Shown: piece after piece, positions 1 to 9,085 of the stretch | Numbering within the stretch: the stretch's first letter is position 1 | Layout of the letters: every line of letters starts with the position of its first letter | From: Tessaracoccus sp. SD287 | Lineage (GTDB): Bacteria; Actinomycetota; Actinomycetes; Propionibacteriales; Propionibacteriaceae | Length of the DNA: 24,000 bases | Assembly: GCF_017355265.1 (NCBI RefSeq) | Contig: NZ_JADIJQ010000010.1 | Location: 28,001 to 52,000 of the forward strand | Direction of reading: 5' to 3' | The notes under the pieces: generated by a model | The model's database searches: none | What the model was told of the DNA's origin: nothing | The model's input: only the letters and a program-made list of their open reading frames with translations | Made by a program: the position numbers and the translations under genes

Positions 1-2830
1 CGGTAAATGTGAGTTTCTCAAGGGTTCGCCGATCAAGGCGGTGGTAGTTGAGGATTGCCGAGAACCCGTCCTTCCGACCATCCCAGATATGCCACAGGAA
101 CGGTCGGTTGTCGAAGACCTTCACATGCTGGGCGAAAAACGAGTCGCGGAGCCAGTCCTCCAGCCGCCCGTTCTTGCCGCCGGCCTCGACGACAAGCCTT
201 CTCTCGGTAGCACTAGACCACTCCGCGCCATATGCAACTGCGAGTAGCTCCCGGAGTCGAGTCGTAAGATCCGACTCTCCCGGAAGCGCCTGCAAAGACG
301 CAATGCCGTCATGGTCAATGAACTGATCTAGTCCATCAGGCTCTTGAGCAGGCCAGTGATAACCCAGGAGGCGGGCGATTCCGACTTGAAGAGGATACGA
401 CGAGCCAAGAATGACCCCGTCAAAAAGCCATTCGGATGGTTCACGCGAGAATGGCTCCGGAAGGAACGCCACCGCGTCCCCTGCTGGCTGCCAGCGCTCT
501 GGATCGAACACAACTTTCCCGAGCGTTGCGTTCGTCACCTTGATCGAGTCATCGAGTTCGCGGACGTCCTCCGCAAAGTTCGGGCTCGAGCAATATGCCC
601 AAATAGCTTCCAGTGAGGATTCGTCCCTCGGAACCAGAACCGCAACGTTCTGGTCTGTCATGGCACCGGTCGACAGGGTGGCACGAAGCTCACTCATTAG
701 GTGCACGACGACACCAGGTCGGCCCCAGAGGTGTTGGCTGCGTATTTCTACGCCCGGGCGAACCTCGGGCTCAGTCATATCTCGAAACCGCAGCACGTCG
801 GAGCATCCTGAGTACAGACCTGGAACAGTCGGAGTTGACTGCAGACGCGCAAGATCGTCGGATAAGGCGGGATACTCCCAGTGTGCGCGGCGGTAGCGAG
901 GATCGTCCCCCGTGGTGTTTCCCTTGATGGGCTGGCAGTTGCCCTCCAGCAGCATTCCCGAAGTCAATCGAGACAGAGTAATTCGACTGTCTGGATTGGA
1001 GAGTTGTTCCGATTGACGTGGCCGTAATAGGTGGCCACTCGCAAGAGCTTCAGCTTTCGCTTCAACGCCAGTCGTACGGTGCGCCAACATGCCCATGATG
1101 GCATGGCTAGACTCGGCCCGCTCGCCACTAGCGATGGATAAACAGACTTTGACAACCTCGCCGGTAATCTGTCGGAATGCGCCACCACCCAGGCGAACAA
1201 TCGCGTCGATTCGCCGCTCTTTCAGAAGCTTTGTTCTGAATTTCTTGAAGGAAGTAAGCATGAGCCAGTTCTGAGGCGACACCGTCGCAACCGTTCCTGT
1301 TGCGCCCACGAATGACAGGCTTCGCTCGATGAAAGCGGTCGCGATATCGGCGCGCGCATCGGAGTGGTAACGGTCCAAATAGGCTTGCAGCTCGGCGTCC
1401 ATTGAAGCCCGCTTCAGGTAAGGCGGATTCGTGGCTACGAGCGTGTAGCGACGCGAAAGAAGCTCGGCCGAATTCACGATGTCTTGGGCCGCATTTCCGA
1501 GGACTGTCTGGTCAACCTTCTCCCCTCGAAAGGCGAGCGCGACAGCCCCTTGAACCGCGTCCCACGCGACCCCAACGCTTCCATCAGAACCGAATAGGGC
1601 ATCCTCCGAGTCGACTTCACGAGGCTGAATTAGCGACCCAAGAACATCCGCCTGCCCGAACAGGCCGTGCAGTCGCGAAAGCACCTTCCGCAGTTCACCG
1701 TCTTCTCCAGCGATCGCTTCCCAGTCGTTTCGGGACGCTCGAACGGGGACGCCGGTGCAGGCGATTCGCGGCGTGGGCAAGTTGCGGAATCCACCCTGCT
1801 TCCAGGCTTCGAGCGCGACGTTGAAGGTGGCGATCTGAGTACAGCGCGAGTCGAGTTCGAGACCGTGGAGATTGTCGCGGAGGACGGCATCTTGCGCCTC
1901 CGCCGGTGTGAGGCCCTCCTCTTCGGCACGCATGCGCCAGAGCATCCCAAACATTGCGACGAGAAAGTGACCGGAGCCACAGCACGGGTCCATCATCGTC
2001 ACATCGGCGGCGCGGTCGGGCCATTCGTTGAACGAGCCCGCCACAGGGGCGCCGTCTTCGGTACGGCGGAAGTACTCCCAGCCTGCGGTGAGCGAAGAGT
2101 CGGGATGACGTGCGGCCCACCATGCTCCGAGCGAGTTCTCCAACAGGAATCGAACCATATAGTTCTCGGTGAACAGCTGCGTGACGGGCGAGAGGTCGGC
2201 CCCGCCGATTTTGACGCCAGACTCGTTGACGCGCTTCTTCTCGGCCGTCTGCCAAAACTGATACACCCATCCGAGCGCATCCTCCGTCGTGAAGACCTCG
2301 GAAGGAATGTCGAGGAGGAGACGCTCCAGCGCGTCTCGGTGTTCGGCTGCGAACCGGACTTGTACCGCGGGGTCGGTGAGGCGGAACACGCCCGGCAGGA
2401 TCTCCGACGCGAACCGCGCGGCAACGGCCCAGGCGTCCGGCTCGCCAAGGTCAGACGCGAGATCGCCACAGTCTTCCAATGACAACGGGATATCGCGGTA
2501 ATCCGGATGCCGGAGCAGGCCATTGACTTCCAGGAAGCGCGCGAACAGCAAGCAATGCCACTGCTCGTAGGCGACATCGTGCACAAGGTTGGTAAGCGCT
2601 GCACCCGCTCGTGCATTGTCATCGCCGAGCTGCCGTGCCTTGTCGCGGAGCGCAAGCCGGAGTCTGTTCTGCTCGTCACTCAAGTAGCCCGGACGGCTCG
2701 GCTCTGCGACCGCGAGAGCGCGCAGGGCATCGTCGGCAGCGCGTTGTGCAGCGGCGCGGGCGCGCTGCGTTTGGGCGTCCAGAAAGCGTCGTTGGTCGGA
2801 GTTGAGGACTTTCGTCGTTTCCGTCGTCAT
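1..2830 (-). CDS. pglX: BREX type 1 N6-adenine DNA methyltransferase PglX (N-terminal ~943 codons; 3' end lies beyond the left edge)
   Basis: Absent from the ORF track because there is no stop in the window. My manual minus-strand translation from ATG 2830-2828 stays open to nt 2 (MTTETTKVLNSDQRRFLDAQTQRARAAAQ...). It has SAM-binding motif I DPCCGSGHF (nt 1964-1990) and catalytic motif IV NPPY (nt 1418-1429). A later segment, FFAQHVKVFDNRPFLWHIW, is typical of PglX. The start lies 1 nt after the brxC stop, which is the expected BREX-1 gene order. Confidence 0.9.
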   Translation of the reverse strand, partial: MTTETTKVLNSDQRRFLDAQTQRARAAAQRAADDALRALAVAEPSRPGYLSDEQNRLRLALRDKARQLGDDNARAGAALTNLVHDVAYEQWHCLLFARFLEVNGLLRHPDYRDIPLSLEDCGDLASDLGEPDAWAVAARFASEILPGVFRLTDPAVQVRFAAEHRDALERLLLDIPSEVFTTEDALGWVYQFWQTAEKKRVNESGVKIGGADLSPVTQLFTENYMVRFLLENSLGAWWAARHPDSSLTAGWEYFRRTEDGAPVAGSFNEWPDRAADVTMMDPCCGSGHFLVAMFGMLWRMRAEEEGLTPAEAQDAVLRDNLHGLELDSRCTQIATFNVALEAWKQGGFRNLPTPRIACTGVPVRASRNDWEAIAGEDGELRKVLSRLHGLFGQADVLGSLIQPREVDSEDALFGSDGSVGVAWDAVQGAVALAFRGEKVDQTVLGNAAQDIVNSAELLSRRYTLVATNPPYLKRASMDAELQAYLDRYHSDARADIATAFIERSLSFVGATGTVATVSPQNWLMLTSFKKFRTKLLKERRIDAIVRLGGGAFRQITGEVVKVCLSIASGERAESSHAIMGMLAHRTTGVEAKAEALASGHLLRPRQSEQLSNPDSRITLSRLTSGMLLEGNCQPIKGNTTGDDPRYRRAHWEYPALSDDLARLQSTPTVPGLYSGCSDVLRFRDMTEPEVRPGVEIRSQHLWGRPGVVVHLMSELRATLSTGAMTDQNVAVLVPRDESSLEAIWAYCSSPNFAEDVRELDDSIKVTNATLGKVVFDPERWQPAGDAVAFLPEPFSREPSEWLFDGVILGSSYPLQVGIARLLGYHWPAQEPDGLDQFIDHDGIASLQALPGESDLTTRLRELLAVAYGAEWSSATERRLVVEAGGKNGRLEDWLRDSFFAQHVKVFDNRPFLWHIWDGRKDGFSAILNYHRLDRRTLEKLTFT

Positions 2831-2831
2831 G

Positions 2832-5800
2832 TCAGCCCTTCACCATCACAGTGTCGCTACCGCTGTTCAGGGCGTCGAGAAGCTGCGTCCGAAGGGCCTC
2901 GATATAGCGCTCAACCTCGTCGGCACTGCTCAGGTTCGCCGTCGCGACCCTCACCGTGGTCATCTTCGCCGCAGGTGTTGTGAGCTGAATAGCCGCTTCC
3001 AGCACCCGCGAGGCCCGCTGCGGGATGGCGTCGAGTTCAGCGGTCCATCCCTGGAGCGGTCGAGCCTGCGCCGCCTTCAGCACGGCTGCCGCATCTGCAA
3101 GGTTGGGGGCCGCCTCGGTGCCGAGATGATGTTCCATGAGGAGAGCCTCGCGCTTCGCATCGTCGAGAGCCGTCCATGCTGGCTGCTGTTCGAGGCCTGC
3201 TACAGCCGTTGCGCGGGCGTCGCGCAGCGCAACGGCTGCTTCGTGGATGGCATCGCGGAGGGCCTCCGCGAGTTCCTTGACGATCGGGGCGACTGGATCG
3301 GCGTCGGCGAGGAGATCGCGGCTCGCGGCCAGCGCGTCGAGCCGTCCACGGGCCGCCGACGCGGGCTCCAGCCCCGTGGTCGCGGATGCAAGCGAATGCG
3401 CCAGTTCGAGCGAAGGCGTGCGGCTCTTGAATCTGCGTTCCAGGTCTCCGAGTTGGTCGTTGAAGCTCGTGAGGTCACTCTTCGCTGCCAGCAGGGCGTG
3501 CACGCGGTCGTTGCCAGACGCACTCACGATCACCTGGATGTTGCCTGGCACGGTGATGTCAGGGAGCGGAGCAGGCCCACTCACGCCCCTCGCGCGGTCG
3601 ACGAGCGACTTGACGGCCTGTTCGACAGCCGACACGAGTCGGTCGTTGTCGGTCGGGAAGCCGAGGTTGCTCAGCACTTGGCGTGCCTGGATTTTCTCGG
3701 CGGGCTTGAGCACAGTGACCTCGCGGCGGAGTTGCACGTTGCCGAGGCGGGTCTGCTTGAGTACATCTGCCGTGGTCGCGTCACTACCGTTGAGCGTCGC
3801 GCGGATCACGCCGGTGTCGAGGAGCACGCCGAGCGAGGCCATGAGCGCGTCGCGCGGCCAGCCGAGCGGCTTCGATGTCACGGCCTTCTCGACGTCACTC
3901 GCGGACGTGCCTGCCGGGCCGACGTGGCTGAGAATTTCTTTGACAACGGGATGCTGCTCAGGGTCGGCATCGAACTGGAGGGCCTTCAGCGCATCGGCTG
4001 CCGACCCGTTCTTCACTCGATCCCTAACCACCGACCACCGGGTGTCGTCAGCTTCGGAGAACCGTGGGAACAGGCGGGTCGCGGCGGACTGTGCGCCGGC
4101 CTCGATGTGTTCGCGCAGTGAGAGCCCGTTCGGAGCTGTACCGCCCCCGAGGAGCACGTTCGCCTTGGAGATCACGTCACGGACATGGGCATTCGCCTGG
4201 TCCGTCGCGCGGTTGAGGCGGGTTTGCATCGCGCTTCGTGCCTGCTTGCCCTCGTCGTCCTGCGGGATTCCCTGCTGGTCGATCACGCGCTGCGCAGCGA
4301 TCCTGTTGCGGACCGCTGCCGCGAACGCCGGAGCCTGGACACGAGGAAGGTGGATGAGGACGATCGGCGACTCGATGCCGAGGCTGCGCGCGGCCTCGTC
4401 GAACTGCTTCGCCGTGATTCCCTCGTCCCACTCCGAGCGGAGCCAGACCGGGATCGCATCGGAGGCCGGCGGGAGCGAGGCGTCGGCGTGCAGCGCAAGC
4501 TTGCGCGATTCCTTGGCGTGACCCTGCTGGATCGTCGCGGGCAGAGCCCGGTTGACCTCCGCTAGCAACAGCGAGTCGCGCTCCGTGCTCACCTCGCTGT
4601 CGGTCACCTGCGCGTGGTGCCTGCGCAGTGCCTCGTCCCACTCACGACCGGCCTTCGTCTGAAGACGGAACTCTTCGCCGTCCTGCTGGAGTATGCCCTC
4701 TTCGGCGAGTTCTTGGAGCGCTGCGGGGACTTGCTGCCGGAGCCGGTCGCCGTCGTGGGCGAGGTCCTCGACGAGCAGATCCACGAGATGGTCTGCCGAG
4801 GTGCGGACACCGATGTCGCCGTGACCCGATGTCGGGAGCAGACCGATGAGGTGGATGAGCCCGAGAATGCGGCCGCGCAGAGTGTCCTTCTGCCCCTGCT
4901 CGTGGATGAGTGTCTGCGTCTCCTTGAGGAGCAAACCCGCGCCGTTGAGGTCTTCGTTCTTTTGGGAGTAAAGGAAGTCCGATCCAACGACAGTGCCCAC
5001 CGACTCGGGGGCGACTCTGCGGTTCGCCTCGTGCACGATGCGAAGCTGGGAGCGCAACTGACCAGCGCGGCCGGCATCGGCCTGGCGAAGCACACTCTCC
5101 CAGAACCGACGGCGTACCGGGAGCAGCGGGTAGTCCTCAGCGAGGTCCTTGTCATCCACCGCGGTGTGCTGAATCTTGCTGCCGATGAGTTGGCGGGAAA
5201 TCTGCCCGGCGACCGAAGAGAGCGTACTGTCAAGCCCGGGCTTCTTGGCGGGCTCCTTGCTCAGCAGCACGCGGCGGACGACGGCATCGACGTCCTGGTT
5301 CTTGAGTACGACCTTGACGGTGAAGCGGTCCTGGATCTTCTGGAGCGTGGAATCGGCCGTCAGCTCCTGCTGGCCGGTGGCGACGAGTAGCACCCGACCG
5401 TTGAGTTCGCGCGACACCGACTCGACGAGGTTCTGCACCTCCATCGCCCGGCCGCCGTCGCCGCTGATGTACTGCTGCACCTCGTCGAGGACGATCAGCG
5501 ACGGCGGGAGCTGGCCATCACCTACGTACTCAAGGATCTTCTTGAGCAGCGCGATCGTCTCGTCGGTGGAGAACGAGCGGGTGTCCGGTGGGAACTGGTT
5601 GCGGAGCGCAGCGCGCACGTCCTTGGCCGATGCCGCAAACTCCGGATCGGAGGCGAGAATGGCATTCGCCAACAGTGTGCTGAGGTTGTACTCGGCGAGT
5701 TCCTCGTTGAGGTCGCCTCCATTGGCCGTGACATGCTCACGGACCGTGTCGAGGTGCCCGTTGCCTGCGAGCCATAGCGCCACTTGGGCGGGCGCAACGC

Positions 5801-6290
5801 GGGTGGGCAGTCCAGCCGCGCCGAGGACGATCGAGAGGAATACTGAGTTGAGCGTGTCGCCGCTGCGATCAAGTGCACCTGCCGCTGCCCACGGTGCGGC
5901 ACTATCCCGACGGCCGAGCGTTGTCAGTTCCGTCAACTGGTCCTGGATGCCCTGCGGAATATTGGTCAGTCCCCGGGCGGTCGCACCGTTCGGGAACTTC
6001 GTGTCGGCCCACAGGTGCTGAAGCACGCGAACAAGGTGAGACTTGCCGCTGCCGTAGAAGCCTGAGACCCACACCGCGGGCTGCGTCGTCCGGTTCCGAT
6101 GACCAGTGTACGAGTCGAGGATGCGCTGCAGACCGTGCTCGTACTCGCCCTCGCACACGAAGCTCTGCAGCTCGTACTTGAGGACGTCCCACTGGTTGGA
6201 GTCCTCGGGACGGTCGACATTGGTCACGCCGTCGTTCGGAATCTCAAAGCTCAGCGGATGCCGGATGAACAGGTCGTTGTTGATCGTCAC
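2832..6290 (-). CDS. brxC: BREX ATPase BrxC/PglY (1152 aa, P-loop NTPase)
   Basis: Length is typical for BrxC. Walker A GFYGSGKSH lies at aa 77-85 (nt 6036-6062), and a Walker B-like LIVLDEVQQY follows downstream. It sits between brxB and pglX, and its ATG overlaps the brxB stop (ATGA at 6287-6290). Confidence 0.93.
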   Translation of the reverse strand: MTINNDLFIRHPLSFEIPNDGVTNVDRPEDSNQWDVLKYELQSFVCEGEYEHGLQRILDSYTGHRNRTTQPAVWVSGFYGSGKSHLVRVLQHLWADTKFPNGATARGLTNIPQGIQDQLTELTTLGRRDSAAPWAAAGALDRSGDTLNSVFLSIVLGAAGLPTRVAPAQVALWLAGNGHLDTVREHVTANGGDLNEELAEYNLSTLLANAILASDPEFAASAKDVRAALRNQFPPDTRSFSTDETIALLKKILEYVGDGQLPPSLIVLDEVQQYISGDGGRAMEVQNLVESVSRELNGRVLLVATGQQELTADSTLQKIQDRFTVKVVLKNQDVDAVVRRVLLSKEPAKKPGLDSTLSSVAGQISRQLIGSKIQHTAVDDKDLAEDYPLLPVRRRFWESVLRQADAGRAGQLRSQLRIVHEANRRVAPESVGTVVGSDFLYSQKNEDLNGAGLLLKETQTLIHEQGQKDTLRGRILGLIHLIGLLPTSGHGDIGVRTSADHLVDLLVEDLAHDGDRLRQQVPAALQELAEEGILQQDGEEFRLQTKAGREWDEALRRHHAQVTDSEVSTERDSLLLAEVNRALPATIQQGHAKESRKLALHADASLPPASDAIPVWLRSEWDEGITAKQFDEAARSLGIESPIVLIHLPRVQAPAFAAAVRNRIAAQRVIDQQGIPQDDEGKQARSAMQTRLNRATDQANAHVRDVISKANVLLGGGTAPNGLSLREHIEAGAQSAATRLFPRFSEADDTRWSVVRDRVKNGSAADALKALQFDADPEQHPVVKEILSHVGPAGTSASDVEKAVTSKPLGWPRDALMASLGVLLDTGVIRATLNGSDATTADVLKQTRLGNVQLRREVTVLKPAEKIQARQVLSNLGFPTDNDRLVSAVEQAVKSLVDRARGVSGPAPLPDITVPGNIQVIVSASGNDRVHALLAAKSDLTSFNDQLGDLERRFKSRTPSLELAHSLASATTGLEPASAARGRLDALAASRDLLADADPVAPIVKELAEALRDAIHEAAVALRDARATAVAGLEQQPAWTALDDAKREALLMEHHLGTEAAPNLADAAAVLKAAQARPLQGWTAELDAIPQRASRVLEAAIQLTTPAAKMTTVRVATANLSSADEVERYIEALRTQLLDALNSGSDTVMVKG

Positions 6291-6844
6291 GCGAGGTCCT
6301 TCTGCGGGTCGATGACGCGGGCGCGGTAATTGAATCCGTCGCGCGCGTCGAGTAAGCGGAATGAATGAGTCTCCGGGTCGTGAAGCCCGGGGAAAAGCAC
6401 GAGGAGGCGGCCAGTCACGGCTGAATCGACGGACTTGATCACGCTCGACGCTCGCAGGAACGGGAAGATTGAGCCGATACCGACGAGCGTCACGACTGCG
6501 TTCGCGGGAGCCGCTTCGAGGGCTTCGCGAATGCGGGTGACCAGCGTCGTCTCGAACTGGTCGAGAATCGATTGCGTCAAGTCGCTAGGCTCCTCGTAGA
6601 ACGCCTCAGCGTGACGGTGCGACGACAGCCAGCGTCCGAAGTCATCAGTGACGTCGATGACCACCCAGCCGCGGCTCGCTTGGGCAGTCGCCAACTCCAT
6701 GCTCGGGAGCGCGTGGCGGATCTGGCGTTCAAGGTCCGGTGGGTAGACGAGCATCCACACCCGCTCCCCACCTGAGACGGTGTCCTTCCAGGTCAGGGAT
6801 AACTCGGCCTTATAGGCGTTAATGAGATCGGAGACGCGGCTCAT
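6287..6844 (-). CDS. brxB: BREX protein BrxB (DUF1788 family), 185 aa
   Basis: The listed ORF 6287..6979 is trimmed to the internal ATG at 6844-6842 (MSRVSDLINAYKAEL...), which overlaps the brxA stop as ATGA (6841-6844). The upstream 45 codons are Arg/Pro-rich and overlap brxA. The C-terminal RLLVLFPG...FRLLDARDGFNYRA pattern and the operon position fit BrxB. Confidence 0.88.
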   Translation of the reverse strand: MSRVSDLINAYKAELSLTWKDTVSGGERVWMLVYPPDLERQIRHALPSMELATAQASRGWVVIDVTDDFGRWLSSHRHAEAFYEEPSDLTQSILDQFETTLVTRIREALEAAPANAVVTLVGIGSIFPFLRASSVIKSVDSAVTGRLLVLFPGLHDPETHSFRLLDARDGFNYRARVIDPQKDLA

Positions 6845-7596
6845 GCGCCACCCCCGAAGGCTGGGAACGCTACGTCCACGACATTGCCCGCCACGAGCAG
6901 GTCGAGGAGTCCTTGGGTGTGCGCAGCGCGCAATGCCTCCAAGGAGCGGCCGGGTGCGAGCCCGAGGATCTGCGTCCACGGGTTGTCAAGGACACCAAGG
7001 CCCCGGCCGCCAGCGAGGTGTCCTAGGTACGCCGCATATGCGATAGCCACCGGACGTGCTTCCACATCGGTACGAACCTTCTTCGCGCGCCCTGCCAGAT
7101 GGCCGGTCTGGGTCCAGCAGGCGCCCGTGTTGCGACCGGTCTTGCCGAGCGTCGACTCGGACATCTCGCTGCCGAATTGTGCGGCCACGGCAGTGGTTAG
7201 GTCTGCCGATGTCACGCTTGAACCCGCAGGCAGTGCGGCAATCGCGGCGAATGAAGCACGGAGCACCTCGTCGCGGGTGAAGGCCAGTTGTCCCGCCAAG
7301 AGCGGGCGTGACGAGGGGTCGATTTCCCAGAAGTACCGCAGCGCCGCGAACTCCGGGCGCTGCGGGTCGAGAAAGTAGAGTTCGCGCAGGTGACGGAACG
7401 AGCGCTGCCTACCGGCCTGGGTTGGTCGGCCCAGAATATTGCCGTCGACTACCGCCTCGCGGTACTGCTCGGCGGGCGCATCAGCCGGCACCTCGCGCAA
7501 AAGCTCCACCAGGTGGGGAATGCCGATCGTGTGGCTGGCGGTCGTCCGCAACGTTCCGAGGGTGAAATCGCTCTCAACAGCTTGGGGGCTCGTCAT
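6841..7596 (-). CDS. brxA: BREX protein BrxA (DUF1819 family), 251 aa
   Basis: The listed ORF 6841..7707 is trimmed to ATG 7596-7594 (MTSPQAVESDF...). This start is preceded on the minus strand by GGGAGGAGG, a strong Shine-Dalgarno. It is the first gene of the cassette and has a DUF1819-like sequence (VVDGNILGRPTQAGRQRSFRHLRELYFL). Confidence 0.85.
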   Translation of the reverse strand: MTSPQAVESDFTLGTLRTTASHTIGIPHLVELLREVPADAPAEQYREAVVDGNILGRPTQAGRQRSFRHLRELYFLDPQRPEFAALRYFWEIDPSSRPLLAGQLAFTRDEVLRASFAAIAALPAGSSVTSADLTTAVAAQFGSEMSESTLGKTGRNTGACWTQTGHLAGRAKKVRTDVEARPVAIAYAAYLGHLAGGRGLGVLDNPWTQILGLAPGRSLEALRAAHTQGLLDLLVAGNVVDVAFPAFGGGA

Positions 7597-7911
7597 TTCT
7601 CGGTTGGCCTCCTCCCGACACGCACATCTGTCCACCTCGTCCACATCGCTGCACTTCGACTCTGCTCCGCCATGGACTCCGTCGAGAAACAAGTTCACCT
7701 GAGGCACGGTGGCCTGATCGTATCTCGCCCCTCTGGTGCCGATGCAAGTGCCACGCTGATTGCCTGGGTGGTGGGCCGCTCCTCGTGCTCACCCAGGGAC
7801 ACGAACCCGACCAGTCGGGCAACATCTCCGCCTTCTGGTTGTGGTCGCAACGACCGTCCTGGCCGTTGCCTCTCGTAGGCGAAGGGTCAGTCGTCGATGA
7901 TATTTTTTGTG

Positions 7912-8460
7912 ATGTATCCGGACTGGACTGTTGTAGGTCCTCGTGTATACGCCTCACGGGCGCACAGTTCGAGCGCGTGCTCGAATACTCAGAGTTGTCG
8001 GTGCCGTGATCTGCGACGACGAGTTTGCCGGCCTGTTGGCGCTGGAGAAGCCCATCCGGGAAATTCTGCGCGAGATCAAGATCAACCACGACCAGACGTG
8101 AACTCTTCGCCGCGCTGCTTGTCGTGTTCCCGACCCGCTATGGAACAGGGATGAGTCACGACGCTGTCACAGCACGCCTCACGCTCCACATGGTCAGCGC
8201 GACCGCAGCCTGCCCGATCCTCACCGGAAAGAGAGTCATTGCCCACGTCCTGGGGCACACCGCAGTCATGCGGCTGCTCAACGCCAGGATCGACAACACC
8301 GTCATCCCGCTCTTGGGCAAGACCACTCAGGCCTACCTCCACGCCATATCAAGACCAAGGAAGACGCCCTCGCACGGACACCACCCACCGGCGCCCATGC
8401 CGGGCGCTACACCGTCACTGACGACACCCTCCGGGCCAGGCCTTCCTCGACGGCCCTGAT
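7912..8460 (+). pseudogene. 5'-truncated, frameshifted tyrosine recombinase (phage-integrase family) remnant
   Basis: Piecing frames together gives IRTGLL*VLVYTPHG... (in-frame TAG at 7934-7936). Next comes PIREILREIKINHDQT*, then ELFAALLVVFPTRYGTGMSHDAVTARL...KRVIAHVLGHTAVMRLLNARIDNTVIPLLGKTTQAYLHA. A shift near 8346 then gives IKTKEDALARTPPTGAHAGRYTVTDDTLRA. This matches the catalytic C-terminal half of integrases (TGLR..., HxLRHTxAxxLLxAGxD, LGH...TTxxYLHA) with substitutions, a deletion and at least 3 frame changes. The N-terminal half is missing. Confidence 0.6.
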
Positions 8461-8517
8461 CATGCCGACATCCCAGCTGCCTCATCCCACCCCACAACCG
8501 CCTCGAACTGCCCACAT

Positions 8518-8555
8518 CGGCATAACCAGGACGTCGTCACAGCAGGGTTATGCCG
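8518..8555. repeat. Perfect 10-bp inverted repeat (CGGCATAACC ... GGTTATGCCG) with an 18-nt spacer
   Basis: Read directly: 8518-8527 cggcataacc and 8546-8555 ggttatgccg are exact reverse complements. The repeat sits exactly between the integrase remnant and the ISL3 remnant. Its function is unknown. Confidence 0.7.
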
Positions 8556-8559
8556 GGCT

Positions 8560-9085
8560 CGGCATCATCCGTTCCAACGTCGGGGCCCTGGTCGCGGACA
8601 AGGCCACCCGCTGAGAGCAACGCGTCCAGCAGGAACGCTGGGCCACCGCGGCCGCTCCGATGACCCGATCTTCCGCGTCGCCCGCACGCGCGCCAGCCTC
8701 ACCGACAACCAGCAGCACCGCTTGGCGAAGGTCCTGGCCGATGAGCGCCATGTCGCCTTCGAGGTCACCTGGAGCGTCTACCAGGACGTCATCGACGCCT
8801 ACCAAGCCACCGAACCGGCCGAGGGGAGACGATCATGACAAGGCTGATCACCAGCCTCCGGAGCGGGTCCCGGCAGGCCTGGAGGAGCTGCGCTCGCTCG
8901 GGCAGACCCTGAAGAGGCGCCGCGAGGACACCCTTGCGTTCTTCGACCCTCCCGGCAGCTCGAACGGGCCCACCGAAGCCATCCACGGATTGCTTGAACA
9001 CCTGCGAGGCACCGCCGAAGGGTTCCGCAATACCGTCAACTACATCGCCAGACGCCTACTCGACGCGGGCGGTTCCGACCCCTGA
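8560..9085 (+). pseudogene. ISL3-family transposase remnant (C-terminal ~170 codons only, multiple frameshifts and one in-frame stop)
   Basis: The fragments read HPFQ / VGALVADKATR*EQRVQQE / TLGHRGRSDDPIFRVARTRASLTDNQQHRLAKVLADERHVAFEVTWSVYQDVIDAYQ / MTRLITSLRSG / VPAGLEELRSLGQTLKRRREDTLAFFDPPGSSNGPTEAIHGLLEHLRGTAEGFRNTVNYIARRLLDAGGSDP*. This follows the conserved ISL3 C-terminus (DPFHVV...RVQQETLGHRGRKxDPLY...TNGPTEAxNGRLEHLRGxALGFRNLxNYIARSLLExGGF). All three reading frames are used across 8560-9085. Confidence 0.75.

Noticed and set aside
1667-2679. ORFs 1667..2482 (+), 1695..2270 (-) and 1999..2679 (-) inside the pglX region
   Set aside because: They are out of frame with or antisense to the continuous PglX reading frame, which carries the DPCCGSGHF and NPPY motifs. 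Their compositions are Arg/Pro/Ser-biased.
2802-4521. Long plus-strand ORFs (2802..4121, 439 aa; 3136..4521, 461 aa) antisense to brxC
   Set aside because: They are very Arg/Ala/Ser/Gly-rich low-complexity translations with no recognisable motifs. They lie entirely inside a gene with clear BrxC motifs on the other strand. This is the typical stop-codon-poor antisense frame of high-GC DNA.
6845-7707. N-terminal extensions of the listed brxB (to 6979) and brxA (to 7707) ORFs
   Set aside because: The extensions overlap the upstream gene or the leader and are Arg/Pro-rich. They also skip internal ATGs that have an ATGA overlap (brxB) or a strong GGGAGGAGG Shine-Dalgarno (brxA).
7780-7880. tRNA-like GGGTTCGTGTCCC element on the minus strand, considered as a possible integrase att/tRNA remnant
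   Set aside because: The flanks do not form a 5-bp T-stem (tcggg/ccctg pairs poorly). I could not build an acceptor, D or anticodon arm from the adjacent 70 nt.
7574-8089. 171-aa minus-strand ORF upstream of brxA, considered as a possible BrxR-like regulator
   Set aside because: It has no HTH or WYL-like sequence and a low-complexity Ser/Arg/Gly/Pro composition. It also overlaps the plus-strand integrase remnant, which has recognisable homology.
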